A stretch of DNA of 64,000 nt from Candidatus Woesearchaeota archaeon (GCA_964516745.1 CAZEYD010000003.1:2607-66606), one strand, 5' to 3'; counted from the first letter of the stretch, positions 26,951 through 35,824 are shown. The notes: generated by a model from the sequence alone, not told the origin. Program-made: numbers and translations.

Positions 26951-27652
26951 TTAACATCTAACTTCAATTAAATCGAAATAAATCTCTGCTGTTTTTTTTA
27001 ACTTTTTAAGATATCTTTCTTGTGTATTTCTTTTTGTTGCGAATTCTTTATCAATAAAATTTCCTTCAGACTTGAATCCTTGGAGGAAATACTTTTTTGG
27101 TTTAGTTTTGATTAATTCGTTAAGCCATTTTCCGATTCTTCTTATATCTTCTCTTGTATGTAAATCTCTTATAATTGTAGTTCTAAATTCATAATTTTTC
27201 AATTGTGATATAACTTTTATTGATTTTTCAATTAAAGATATATCAACTTTTACATTGGCTGTTAAATCATATTTTTCTTTAGAATTTTTTATATCCATTG
27301 CAACGTAATCAATTAATTCTTCTTCAATATATTCTTCTAATTTTTCTGGGTTTGTTCCATTGGTATCTATTTTTACAAGATAGCCCATTGATTTAATTTG
27401 TATTAAGAAATCTTTATCTAATGTTAAGAGAGGCTCACCACCTGTTATACAAACGGCGTCTAATTTACCTTTTCGTTGTTCTAAAAATATTAATATTTCT
27501 TTTTCTGAAAAACTACTATAAGCTTCTTCTGTAACAAGTTCTGCGTTGTAACAAAATCCACAACGAAAATTACAGCCATATAAGAATATCGTACAAGCAA
27601 TTTTGCCAGGATAATCTATTAAAGTTGTTTTTTGTAATCCACAAATTTTCAT
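26951..27652 (-). CDS. nrdG: Anaerobic ribonucleotide reductase activating protein (radical SAM)
   Basis: It has the radical-SAM cluster CNFRCGFC, the GGEP motif (ITGGEPL), and lies directly downstream of nrdD. Confidence 0.85.
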   Translation of the reverse strand: MKICGLQKTTLIDYPGKIACTIFLYGCNFRCGFCYNAELVTEEAYSSFSEKEILIFLEQRKGKLDAVCITGGEPLLTLDKDFLIQIKSMGYLVKIDTNGTNPEKLEEYIEEELIDYVAMDIKNSKEKYDLTANVKVDISLIEKSIKVISQLKNYEFRTTIIRDLHTREDIRRIGKWLNELIKTKPKKYFLQGFKSEGNFIDKEFATKRNTQERYLKKLKKTAEIYFDLIEVRC

Positions 27653-27682
27653 TTTAAAAAAGAAAAAGAAAGAAAGAGATAA

Positions 27683-27799
27683 TTAGGCCTTGAAGGTCTT
27701 CCTATCTCTAAATTCTTCTAGCTTTCCATCATTCCATCGTGATGTTGGTCTAAGATAACCTACTACACGACTCCAGACTTCACACTTCGTTCTTCCCAT
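27683..27799 (-). other. nrdD: Glycyl-radical C-terminal segment of NrdD, encoded in the +1 frame relative to the main nrdD ORF
   Basis: The minus-strand translation is MGRTKCEVWSRVVGYLRPTSRWNDGKLEEFRDRKTFKA-stop. It contains the class III RNR glycyl-radical signature RVVGY. It overlaps the main ORF stop by 20 nt and is not in the supplied ORF track (under 60 aa). Confidence 0.8.
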
Positions 27800-29924
27800 A
27801 TTGTTCAACCTCCTTTTTTATTGAAGAATTTTCCACTAACACATTGATATTTCTATTTTCTTTCACTACATCACTATCAATTATTTCTGAAACTGAAGCA
27901 TGTCTTGATTGTATTTTATCTGCCATATCTAACTCTTCATCACACTTTGGACAATATTCATGTTCTCCTGCTAAATATCCATGAATTGGACAAATAGAAA
28001 ATGTTGGTGTTATTGTAAAATATGGGATATGATAATTTGCTGATATTTTCCTTACCATTTGTTTTGCAGATTCTGGAGTTATTTTCTCTCCGATAAATGT
28101 ATGAAAAGTTGTTCCTCCTGTATATTTACATTGTAATTGATCTTGTAAGTCCAATGCTGCAAAAACATCATCTGAGAAATCTACTGGTAATTGTGTTGAA
28201 TTTGTATAATATGGAGCTGCACCTTTTTTATATGCTTCTTCATTAGCACAGATTATTTTTCCGAATCTTTTTTTGTCTATTCTAGCAAATCTGTATGTTG
28301 TTCCCTCTCCCGGTGTTGCTTCTAGATTATACAGATTTCCTGTCTCTTCTTGATAGCTTGTTAATCGTTGACGCATAAAATCTAATATTCTTATTGTAAA
28401 TGCGTGACCTTTTTCTGTAGCTATTGTTTCTCCTGGCATAAAATTCAAGATTGCTTCATTCATCCCTAATAACCCTATAGTTGCAAAATGATTTTTCCAA
28501 TATTGTTTAAATCTTTGATAAACTTGTCTAAGATAGAATTTGCTATATGGATAAAGTCCCATTTCTGTAAATTTTTCTATTGTTTTTCTTTTAATTTCTA
28601 AAGATTCTTTTGCTAATTCCATTAATCTATCTAACCTTGCCATAAAGTCATCTTCGCTAGTTGAAGTATAACCTAATCTTGCCATATTTATAGTTACTAC
28701 ACCGATTGATCCTGTTTGCGGATTTGCTCCAAATAGTCCTCCTCCTCTTTTTTGTAGTTCTGTATTATCAATTCTTAAACGACAACACATGCTTCTGGAA
28801 TCTTCAGGTTTCATATCTGAATTAACATAATTAGAAAAATTTGGGATTCCGTACTTAGAAGTCATTTCCCATATTAAATTATAGTTTGGATCATCCCAAT
28901 TAAAATCTTTTGTAATATTATATGTAGGAATTGGGAATGTAAAAACTCGACCTGAAGCATCACCCTCGATCATACATTCTGCGAATGCTTTGTTTAACAT
29001 ATTCATTTCTTCTTGAAATTCTTTATATGTTTCTCTCTGAACTTGACCACCTATGATTACATGTTCATTTTGCATATAACTAGGGACCAGTAAATCCATT
29101 GTAATATTAGTAAATGGTGTTTGGAAACCTACCCTTGTTGGAACAGCTAAATTAAAAATAAATTCTTGCATTGCTTGTCTTACTTGTTTATATGTTAATT
29201 CATCATATCTTATGAATGGGGCTAATAGTGTGTCAAAATTACTAAATGCTTGTGCTCCTGCACTTTCTCCTTGCAATGTATAAAAGAAGTTAACCATTTG
29301 TCCAAGTGCTGTTCTTAGGTGTTTTGCAGGCCTACTAGAAACTTTTTCCTTTACTCCTTGGAATCCCACTGTCAATAAATCTTTCAAATCCCATCCTACA
29401 CAATAAGCGCCCAGAGTTCCTAAATCGTGAACATGCAAATCACCTGATTCATGAGTTTTTCTAATTGCTTCAGGATAGATCCTTCTTATCCAATAATTAC
29501 TAATAATTTTAGTTGCAATGTAATTATTTAATCCTTGTAATGAATATCCCATATTTGAGTTTTCTTTTACCATCCAGTCATTTAGACCAATATAATCTTC
29601 AACCGCTTCAATTGTATCAAATAAACCTTTAACATTTCTTAATTCTGCTCTGCTTTTCCTATATAATATATAAGATTTAGCTACTTGGTCATGTCCTTTC
29701 TTAATTAAAACTTCTTCAACTAAATCTTGTACATCTTCTACGCCTGGAATGTTATGTTGGCCATATCTTTCATCCAGTTTATCAACTACAAGTTGTGTTA
29801 AGATGGATACTTTCTCTCTATCTTTACCACCAACTGCTCGTGCCGCTTTCCAAATAGCATGATTAATTTTATCAATATCAAAATTTACTACATCACCATC
29901 TCTTTTACGAATTTTATTTACCAT
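27780..29924 (-). CDS. nrdD: Anaerobic (class III) ribonucleoside-triphosphate reductase, main ORF lacking the glycyl-radical motif
   Basis: It has an N-terminal ATP-cone (VNKIRKRDGDVVNFDIDKI), a large class III RNR core and Zn-site cysteines CPIHG...CPKC. It ends 38 codons short of the expected RVVGY motif, which lies downstream in another frame. Confidence 0.85.
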   Translation of the reverse strand: MVNKIRKRDGDVVNFDIDKINHAIWKAARAVGGKDREKVSILTQLVVDKLDERYGQHNIPGVEDVQDLVEEVLIKKGHDQVAKSYILYRKSRAELRNVKGLFDTIEAVEDYIGLNDWMVKENSNMGYSLQGLNNYIATKIISNYWIRRIYPEAIRKTHESGDLHVHDLGTLGAYCVGWDLKDLLTVGFQGVKEKVSSRPAKHLRTALGQMVNFFYTLQGESAGAQAFSNFDTLLAPFIRYDELTYKQVRQAMQEFIFNLAVPTRVGFQTPFTNITMDLLVPSYMQNEHVIIGGQVQRETYKEFQEEMNMLNKAFAECMIEGDASGRVFTFPIPTYNITKDFNWDDPNYNLIWEMTSKYGIPNFSNYVNSDMKPEDSRSMCCRLRIDNTELQKRGGGLFGANPQTGSIGVVTINMARLGYTSTSEDDFMARLDRLMELAKESLEIKRKTIEKFTEMGLYPYSKFYLRQVYQRFKQYWKNHFATIGLLGMNEAILNFMPGETIATEKGHAFTIRILDFMRQRLTSYQEETGNLYNLEATPGEGTTYRFARIDKKRFGKIICANEEAYKKGAAPYYTNSTQLPVDFSDDVFAALDLQDQLQCKYTGGTTFHTFIGEKITPESAKQMVRKISANYHIPYFTITPTFSICPIHGYLAGEHEYCPKCDEELDMADKIQSRHASVSEIIDSDVVKENRNINVLVENSSIKKEVEQYGKNEV

Positions 29925-30366
29925 TTGATTTTAACCCCTTTAATTCATCTTCAAAATCAGCTAAACTATCAAATTCTTTGTATACTGCAGCAAACCTAAT
30001 ATATGCAATTTTATCAACCTTTTTTAATTCAGACATTACTATTCTACCAATCTTTTTGGTCTCAATATCTTTATCTTTCGCAAAACGATATATCTTTGAT
30101 TCTAATTTATTTATTACACTATCTATTTCTTCGGTATCAAGTTGTCGTTTCTCTAAACATTTAGCCACTCCATTATATAACTTTTTACGATCAAATCTTT
30201 CCTTAGAACCATTTTTTTTAATTACACTTAGATTTAACTCAATTCTTTCATAAGTAGTAAATCTTTTATTACATCTCAAACATTCACGCCTTCTTCTAGT
30301 TACAGATTCGTTATCTCTTTTATCAGTTACTTTTGTTTCTTCTTGATTACAATATGGGCATAACAT
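29914..30366 (-). CDS. nrdR: NrdR transcriptional repressor (Zn-ribbon plus ATP-cone)
   Basis: It starts MLCPYCNQEETKVTDKR...CLRCNKRFTTYERIE, followed by an ATP-cone. It overlaps the nrdD start by 11 nt. Confidence 0.85.
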   Translation of the reverse strand: MLCPYCNQEETKVTDKRDNESVTRRRRECLRCNKRFTTYERIELNLSVIKKNGSKERFDRKKLYNGVAKCLEKRQLDTEEIDSVINKLESKIYRFAKDKDIETKKIGRIVMSELKKVDKIAYIRFAAVYKEFDSLADFEDELKGLKSNGK

Positions 30367-30387
30367 TTTGTTCCTCCTTGCTAATAA

Positions 30388-30435
30388 CTACAATATATTG
30401 TGTGTATCATACACATCACACACAACTAGTTGTGG
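30388..30435 (-). promoter_or_regulatory. Two NrdR boxes upstream of nrdR-nrdD-nrdG
   Basis: Box 1 at 30388-30403 reads CTACAATATATTGTGT, 14/16 to the remembered consensus acaCwAtATaTwGtgt. Box 2 at 30420-30435 reads ACACAACTAGTTGTGG, with matching palindromic arms and a divergent centre. The centres are 32 bp apart. A further palindrome TGTGTATCATACACA (30401-30415) lies between them. Confidence 0.6.
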
Positions 30436-30575
30436 TCGCGATATAAGACAAATATCTTTAGTATTTAAAGATTATGCTCTTCCTGTGAGATATTACTTTC
30501 TCGTTACAATGAATTTTTATAAAGAAACCGGATAAGTTAAAGATGTGTTGTTGATATAAAGAAATAAATTCAATA

Positions 30576-31427
30576 TCATATCCCATCTAACATTTCGCAA
30601 TAATTACAGAAATCCTTTCGTGATGGCTCACCACATTTTTTACATTGTTTTATTTCCACTTTGTTATCTATACGTAATTTTGGCACTATATTTTGGAACT
30701 CTTTTACTATTTTTGTTTTTTGGTTAGTTGCTATTTTATCTGTCCAACCCCTTGTTTCTACCCTATATGTCCCAAAAGCACATGGACATCTATCATATAA
30801 TATCTTAAACTCTTGCTTCTTAGCATATTCTCTAATCTCATCTTCTGGAACGAAAAACAAAGGCTTTACTCTTTGAACAAACCCATCTATCGATTTTCCA
30901 CCTGTTGCTGGAGATGAATTTACACCTAATAAGATATTTCCTTTTAAAAAATTCATTAATACATTCTGTGTTTCATCGTCTAGATTATGACCTGTGACCA
31001 ACTTATCTCCTCCTAATTTCTTTGCCCATTTATTAAGAATCCATCTTTTTATTGTTCCACATACAGAGCACCCTGTTAGATTCTTTTTTTGTTTTAATAC
31101 TGACTTAATAAAACATATCCCCTGTCCTAATTCCTTCTTTAAATCGACTATAGTAAGCTCTACGCCTAATTCTTTGCATAAGTTGATCATATTGTTATTA
31201 TGAATTTTACTCCATTGACCTAAATTTAAATCAATCATTAATCCATGGATATTATAACCTAATTTATTTAAGATGTATAATATACTTGTAGAATCTTTTC
31301 CGCCAGATAGTGCTACGATAATTTTATCACTTTTCTTACATAAGTTGTATTGCTTTATTGTGTTTTTAACTTCTTGTTCGATATTCATAAATGAGAATAG
31401 GTTAATTAATTTAAAAACCTTAACCAT
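30576..31427 (-). CDS. tRNA-thiolation PP-loop ATPase (TtcA/TtuA/NcsA family)
   Basis: It has the PP-loop VALSGGKDSTS, Fe-S/active-site cysteines CSVCGTIKR and DRCPC, and a C-terminal Zn-ribbon CKKCGE...CNYC. An alternative start is the ATG at 31388 (MNIEQEV). Confidence 0.7.
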   Translation of the reverse strand: MVKVFKLINLFSFMNIEQEVKNTIKQYNLCKKSDKIIVALSGGKDSTSILYILNKLGYNIHGLMIDLNLGQWSKIHNNNMINLCKELGVELTIVDLKKELGQGICFIKSVLKQKKNLTGCSVCGTIKRWILNKWAKKLGGDKLVTGHNLDDETQNVLMNFLKGNILLGVNSSPATGGKSIDGFVQRVKPLFFVPEDEIREYAKKQEFKILYDRCPCAFGTYRVETRGWTDKIATNQKTKIVKEFQNIVPKLRIDNKVEIKQCKKCGEPSRKDFCNYCEMLDGI

Positions 31428-32163
31428 AAACGTTTTTTAAAATATTAATAGTTCTATTTTCCAATTCTTCAACTAAATGTAATGGAGTATAAATATTTGG
31501 TGAAGTAGAACGAGCTATTGTTATTAATGCAGGTTTGAACTTGATAAGTTTTAAAAGATTTTCAAAATGGAATAGATTTTCTTCTTCATTATAATCATAA
31601 TATTCTCCTCTGTGATTGTTAATATCGTAATCTTCTAAACAAGCAAAAGCATCTAAATCGACATCTAGTATAAAAGGATCATCTAGATATTCTGAAATAT
31701 GTTCTATCTTTTCTGATAACATTGGATAATTCGAAATGAACAGTTTTGATTTTGGTGTTTTTCCCTTATTCCAAAATATTTTCATTAATTTTGGGTTTCT
31801 TTCTTCATAACCTTCAATTGTCAAATTGTTTTGATATTCTAAATATTGGAATATGTTATTTGGTCTATCTGCCCAACGAGGATTATGCCAAACTACAGAA
31901 TCAATAACACCATGATGAAATGCTGCACAAATAAAATCGTTAATATACAAAGAAGTTATGGAATAATTTTTGGGATCAACTAATCCACTAACAGGAGCAC
32001 CATGAATCATGTCGGAATGATCATCTATGTGCAATAATTTTAATGGTCTGTGATATTTTAGAGAGAGCTCATACCAATAAGAAAAAACTTCATTGTGCGG
32101 ATTTACAACTTTAACTGGTATTTTCGAGATAATTTCGCTTCTATGTTCTAAATCTAAGTTCAT
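31420..32163 (-). CDS. Hypothetical protein with His/Asp-rich motif (LHIDDHSDM)
   Basis: 247-aa ORF. The HxDxHxD-like motif suggests a metal-dependent hydrolase fold, but I cannot assign a family. Confidence 0.3.
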   Translation of the reverse strand: MNLDLEHRSEIISKIPVKVVNPHNEVFSYWYELSLKYHRPLKLLHIDDHSDMIHGAPVSGLVDPKNYSITSLYINDFICAAFHHGVIDSVVWHNPRWADRPNNIFQYLEYQNNLTIEGYEERNPKLMKIFWNKGKTPKSKLFISNYPMLSEKIEHISEYLDDPFILDVDLDAFACLEDYDINNHRGEYYDYNEEENLFHFENLLKLIKFKPALITIARSTSPNIYTPLHLVEELENRTINILKNVYG

Positions 32164-32212
32164 AAAAAATACGCGAGTTAGACATTTAAAGATGTATTGA
32201 TTAATGAATAAA

Positions 32213-33364
32213 TTAACAAGAACCAGATGCTGCTTGAGCTGATGCAGAACTTAGCACTGTTTCACATTCCTCTGGAGCTGTATTAAATGCTGAACATATT
32301 GCTGTCTTATATGCTTCAGATGTCCTTCCAACATTTGCTTTTACTCCATTAATCATTACTGTAGGAGATCCAGTGACACCACTTTGCTGAGCTCTTGCCG
32401 AATAATCTGCAAGCATTGCTGTTCCTTCCGATTCTACACAATCCAGAATTTTATTAGTATCAATATTTAATGATTTCATTAAAGTTAAAGATTCTTCCAT
32501 ATTACATTCCTCAGTTCTATTTGTTGAACACTTTGGATATATGTCTGTTACAAATTTTGATGCATAATCCCAATAGTTTCCAGGATTTAATTTTTGTATA
32601 CATGCTTGTATCATATTCTGTTTTGTTTCATAAGCGCCATGACCATCATAATATGTTAATACTTCGAAATCTACATCCGCTTCTAATAATGAAGCTACTT
32701 CTGCCATTGGACCTTGAGCTTGAACTCCGTATGGGCAATATGACCAAACATATAATTCAACTTTTGGTTTATCAGAAGTGGGAATTGTTTCATCTTGAGT
32801 TGGTTGCTGTGAAGGAGTTGAAGCTTCGGATGCTTGTTCTATTTCTGCTAAAGGAACTAATTGTCCATTAATCAAATTTTTACCATCTCCTGTCAAATAT
32901 AATGGTGGGAACTCTTGTTCTCCTACTGAAACAGTTACAGAATATATTCCACCTTCGTAAGTTGTTTCTACCAAAGTTGCATCAACACCCTGAGATGCTG
33001 CAAATTTTAAGATTAACTCCCCTGCTGCTTGTTCACTAATAACAGAGACATTTGATGTTGTTGTTAAATTTAATATTCCTAACGCTACCAATGCCATACT
33101 TAATATAATTGTTGCTAACATCCAGGCGTTATTGTTTACTTTCTTAGATTTCTTTTTGTTTAAAGGTTTTTTAGTAGAATGTTTTTTTATTGTGGGTATT
33201 TTTATTGTAAATGTTTTTCCAGAATACTTTTTATTTGAAGGGTTTTTTGCTGTAGATTTTTTTGCTGTAGATATCTTCGTTGTAGGCTTATTGCCTACAG
33301 ATTCTTCTTTGTTTATAGAAGCCTTATCATCATCACTTTTTTTTATTGTTTTTTCAACAACCAT
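32213..33364 (-). CDS. Membrane-anchored DsbA/thioredoxin-fold protein with a CPYG (monothiol) active-site variant
   Basis: It has a Lys-rich N-terminus and a single TM (WMLATIILSMALVALGIL). The thioredoxin-like domain has YVWSYCPYGVQA where CxxC is expected, and the DsbA-like cis-Pro loop VTGSPTVMING. Confidence 0.5.
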   Translation of the reverse strand: MVVEKTIKKSDDDKASINKEESVGNKPTTKISTAKKSTAKNPSNKKYSGKTFTIKIPTIKKHSTKKPLNKKKSKKVNNNAWMLATIILSMALVALGILNLTTTSNVSVISEQAAGELILKFAASQGVDATLVETTYEGGIYSVTVSVGEQEFPPLYLTGDGKNLINGQLVPLAEIEQASEASTPSQQPTQDETIPTSDKPKVELYVWSYCPYGVQAQGPMAEVASLLEADVDFEVLTYYDGHGAYETKQNMIQACIQKLNPGNYWDYASKFVTDIYPKCSTNRTEECNMEESLTLMKSLNIDTNKILDCVESEGTAMLADYSARAQQSGVTGSPTVMINGVKANVGRTSEAYKTAICSAFNTAPEECETVLSSASAQAASGSC

Positions 33365-33428
33365 AGATTACTTAATTTCATTTTATTTATAAATGTTTTG
33401 TATAAAATCACCTTTTCTAATTATTTTT

Positions 33429-33917
33429 TTATAATTCTAAAAATGCTTTTATTTGTGACGATAAACCGTCGGCATCACCCGCTAATCTATCTTCGTATTC
33501 GTCATTTGTGGTTCGCATTATATAATTATCATACAATCCTCTCATGAATTTTACAAAAACTTTTCCTTCCCATCTTTTTTCATAATCTTTTTCTAAATCT
33601 GCAGAAATTTCCATTTTTATTTCACCTTTATTTGTTTTTTCTTTTTTCCCATTTCGTTCAATCTCAGCAGAGTTCATAGTTAGAATGTGCCATTTTATTA
33701 CTATATGATTTTTGAAGTAATCTGTCACTTTTTTTGACGCTTCCCATTTTAGTTGAATTTCTTTTCCTGCGTCGCTATTTTTTTCAACATATTCTTTTTC
33801 TTCAAGAAGATATCCTTTATCTTTAAACCAATCAAAACAAAAAGCATAAAGATCTTTATAATTCCAAAAACCTACTTTTTTTATTTTTTGTTCGAATACT
33901 TTGCTTTTCATTCCCAT
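33429..33917 (-). CDS. Hypothetical protein
   Basis: 162-aa ORF. No motif recognised. Confidence 0.3.
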   Translation of the reverse strand: MGMKSKVFEQKIKKVGFWNYKDLYAFCFDWFKDKGYLLEEKEYVEKNSDAGKEIQLKWEASKKVTDYFKNHIVIKWHILTMNSAEIERNGKKEKTNKGEIKMEISADLEKDYEKRWEGKVFVKFMRGLYDNYIMRTTNDEYEDRLAGDADGLSSQIKAFLEL

Positions 33918-34073
33918 AAGGATTAAACTATATTATAATATATAAATGTTTTGAGAAAGATATGTTGAGAAAATATTTTTAACATTCATATATTTTGCCT
34001 TCTGTCATAAATAAATATGATGGAATTAAAAAGAATATAAGGCAATTGCAAATAGGAAATTTATAATAGGAAA

Positions 34074-34328
34074 TTATTTCAATTTTTTAAATTCGGAAAC
34101 CGCACTATCAACTTCTTTTTCAATTGAAATTATTGCATCTTTAATCAATTTCTTAGGGTTATCACCTTCGACGTGTAAGATTGGAGATTCTGACGGATGA
34201 TTTTGTTTCCATACGGCTAGTTTTGCACCATTTTCGTTTAAATAAACTCTTAGCACTTCTGCAATTGTTAGGTTGCTTATTTCTAATTCTAATAAACTTT
34301 TTTCCTCTTTTATTATTTTGATTTCCAT
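34074..34328 (-). CDS. rpoL: DNA-directed RNA polymerase subunit L (Rpb11 homologue)
   Basis: MEIKIIKEEKSLLELEI...AVWKQNHPSESPILHVEGDNPKKLIKDAIISIEKEV parallels the remembered Sulfolobus RpoL ([26 protein letters not shown]...YYQPHPLSD...PKDALLKAIENI). The track start at 34343 is TTG, so the ATG at 34328 is used. Confidence 0.65.
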   Translation of the reverse strand: MEIKIIKEEKSLLELEISNLTIAEVLRVYLNENGAKLAVWKQNHPSESPILHVEGDNPKKLIKDAIISIEKEVDSAVSEFKKLK

Positions 34329-34414
34329 AAAATAATAATTCAAAACATCCTTTAAAAGGTTTGCGATTTGTTGTGTATCACAAACCTTTTATATTTAGAA
34401 TTATTTAATTTATT

Positions 34415-34771
34415 ATGGTAATCTCATGGATTGTTATATTGGTGCTTTTAGGGATTGGTTTAGTTTATATGAAGTTAGAGCATCATGGAAGACTACTAAA
34501 GGCTGGGATTTTGGTTTTTTTTCTTTTGTTGATTCTTTTTTCTATGTCTAGTATTTTCAAGACTAGAGATACGGATTCTTCGTCACCGAAAGAAGTTATG
34601 AATACTATTTATCTTTATTTTGGTTGGTTAGGAAATACCGTTAATCAATTGTGGGATGTTGGTAGTGATACTGTTGTCGCTGTTGGAAATGTCGTTAAGA
34701 TTAATGATTCTGAGATTGAATTGGAGAAATATGATTGGAAAGGGAAGATTAAGTTGCCTTTTAAAAAATGA
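34415..34771 (+). CDS. Small membrane protein
   Basis: 118-aa ORF with two N-terminal TM helices. Confidence 0.3.
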   Translation: MVISWIVILVLLGIGLVYMKLEHHGRLLKAGILVFFLLLILFSMSSIFKTRDTDSSSPKEVMNTIYLYFGWLGNTVNQLWDVGSDTVVAVGNVVKINDSEIELEKYDWKGKIKLPFKK

Positions 34772-34864
34772 TGGTCTGTACTAAAATTTTGACTGAGATA
34801 ACTACATTACCAATATAATAAGTGTTTTCAAGTTTTATTATAATGGGTTTTAAAGATTCCAAGT

Positions 34865-35002
34865 TCAGATGTATTCTATAGTAGCCCCTGGTTTAACATT
34901 TGAGCCAAATCCTAATTTAGGAGTTGAATCAAAACAAACTCTTCCAATATTATTCAATTGCATAAGCTCATCAACTAGCTCTCTTTCCAGCTCTGGCTCT
35001 AT
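34865..35002 (-). other. guaA: In-frame continuation of GMP synthase subunit B beyond a TAA stop (conserved C-terminal dimerisation-domain end)
   Basis: In the same frame as 35003-35824, after TAA (35003-35005), the sequence reads IEPELERELVDELMQLNNIGRVCFDSTPKLGFGSNVKPGATIEYI-stop. This corresponds to the canonical GuaA C-terminus ...LPYELLERIS..I..EV.GVNRVVYDI..KPPATIEWE. Confidence 0.7.
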
Positions 35003-35824
35003 TTAAAAAGGCACATATTCAACAATATTATCTTTTGACTTTTGACTGACTGCCCTGATTAGTAGGATATACCCTAAAGCACCCTCGCTTTTTTTGTTTA
35101 TGTATGTGACAGGAGAGCAATCGCACAAATAGGGAAAGATTTGATAACACTCTTTAAAGTTATTTTTATGTTTCTCAATAAATTTATCTACAATCAAAGT
35201 AGATTTTCGGATTAGCCCTAACTTCTCTGAATTAACATCTCCACCAAATCTAATTAGTAATCCTGGTCCAGGAAAAGGTCTTCTATTAACTATTTCATTT
35301 GGTAATCCCAATTCCTTAGCAAGTTTCCTAATGTTATTTTTAGAAACTCCCCTAACTGGTTCAATGACTTTTAATTTTTGATCTTCAAATAACTTGGTCG
35401 GGCAATTGTGATAAACTTTAGCTTGATTACTCCAAAATTGAGTGCCTTGAGCAATAAATTTGATATTATTCTCAATCAAATATTGTGTGAACAATTCAAA
35501 GTATTTCTCTCTAAAAGTATTTCGCTTTTTTATGGGATCATAAATACCCTTTAAGACTGAATAAAATTCTTCTTTTTTATCCAAAATCTTTAAATTATAT
35601 CCTGATTTTTTAAAGGCAGATGCAACTTCTATGATTTCATTTTCTCTCATATAACCAGTATCCATCAACAAAACTTCATAATCAATCCCTGATTTTTTTA
35701 AAAGTGCGGCAGAAGTTGTAGAGTCAACTCCACCAGAGACCGAAATCAAAACCTTCTCATTAATTTCCTTTTTCACCTTATTACAGAAATCATGAATATA
35801 TTTTTTCTTATCAAATTTATCCAT
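35003..35824 (-). CDS. guaA: GMP synthase subunit B (ATP pyrophosphatase domain), terminated early by an in-frame TAA
   Basis: It has the PP-loop ISVSGGVDSTT and the GuaA signature NRRPFPGPGLLIRFGGDV. Confidence 0.8.
   Translation of the reverse strand: MDKFDKKKYIHDFCNKVKKEINEKVLISVSGGVDSTTSAALLKKSGIDYEVLLMDTGYMRENEIIEVASAFKKSGYNLKILDKKEEFYSVLKGIYDPIKKRNTFREKYFELFTQYLIENNIKFIAQGTQFWSNQAKVYHNCPTKLFEDQKLKVIEPVRGVSKNNIRKLAKELGLPNEIVNRRPFPGPGLLIRFGGDVNSEKLGLIRKSTLIVDKFIEKHKNNFKECYQIFPYLCDCSPVTYINKKSEGALGYILLIRAVSQKSKDNIVEYVPF

Noticed and set aside
27805-27825. Classical -1 programmed frameshifting on the A_AAA_AAG heptamer in nrdD.
   Set aside because: The heptamer is in the correct zero-frame register for -1 slippage. 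However, the glycyl-radical segment lies in the +1 frame (equivalent to deleting one nucleotide), so a -1 shift would enter the wrong frame. This is kept only as +1 slippage or an indel hypothesis in the findings.
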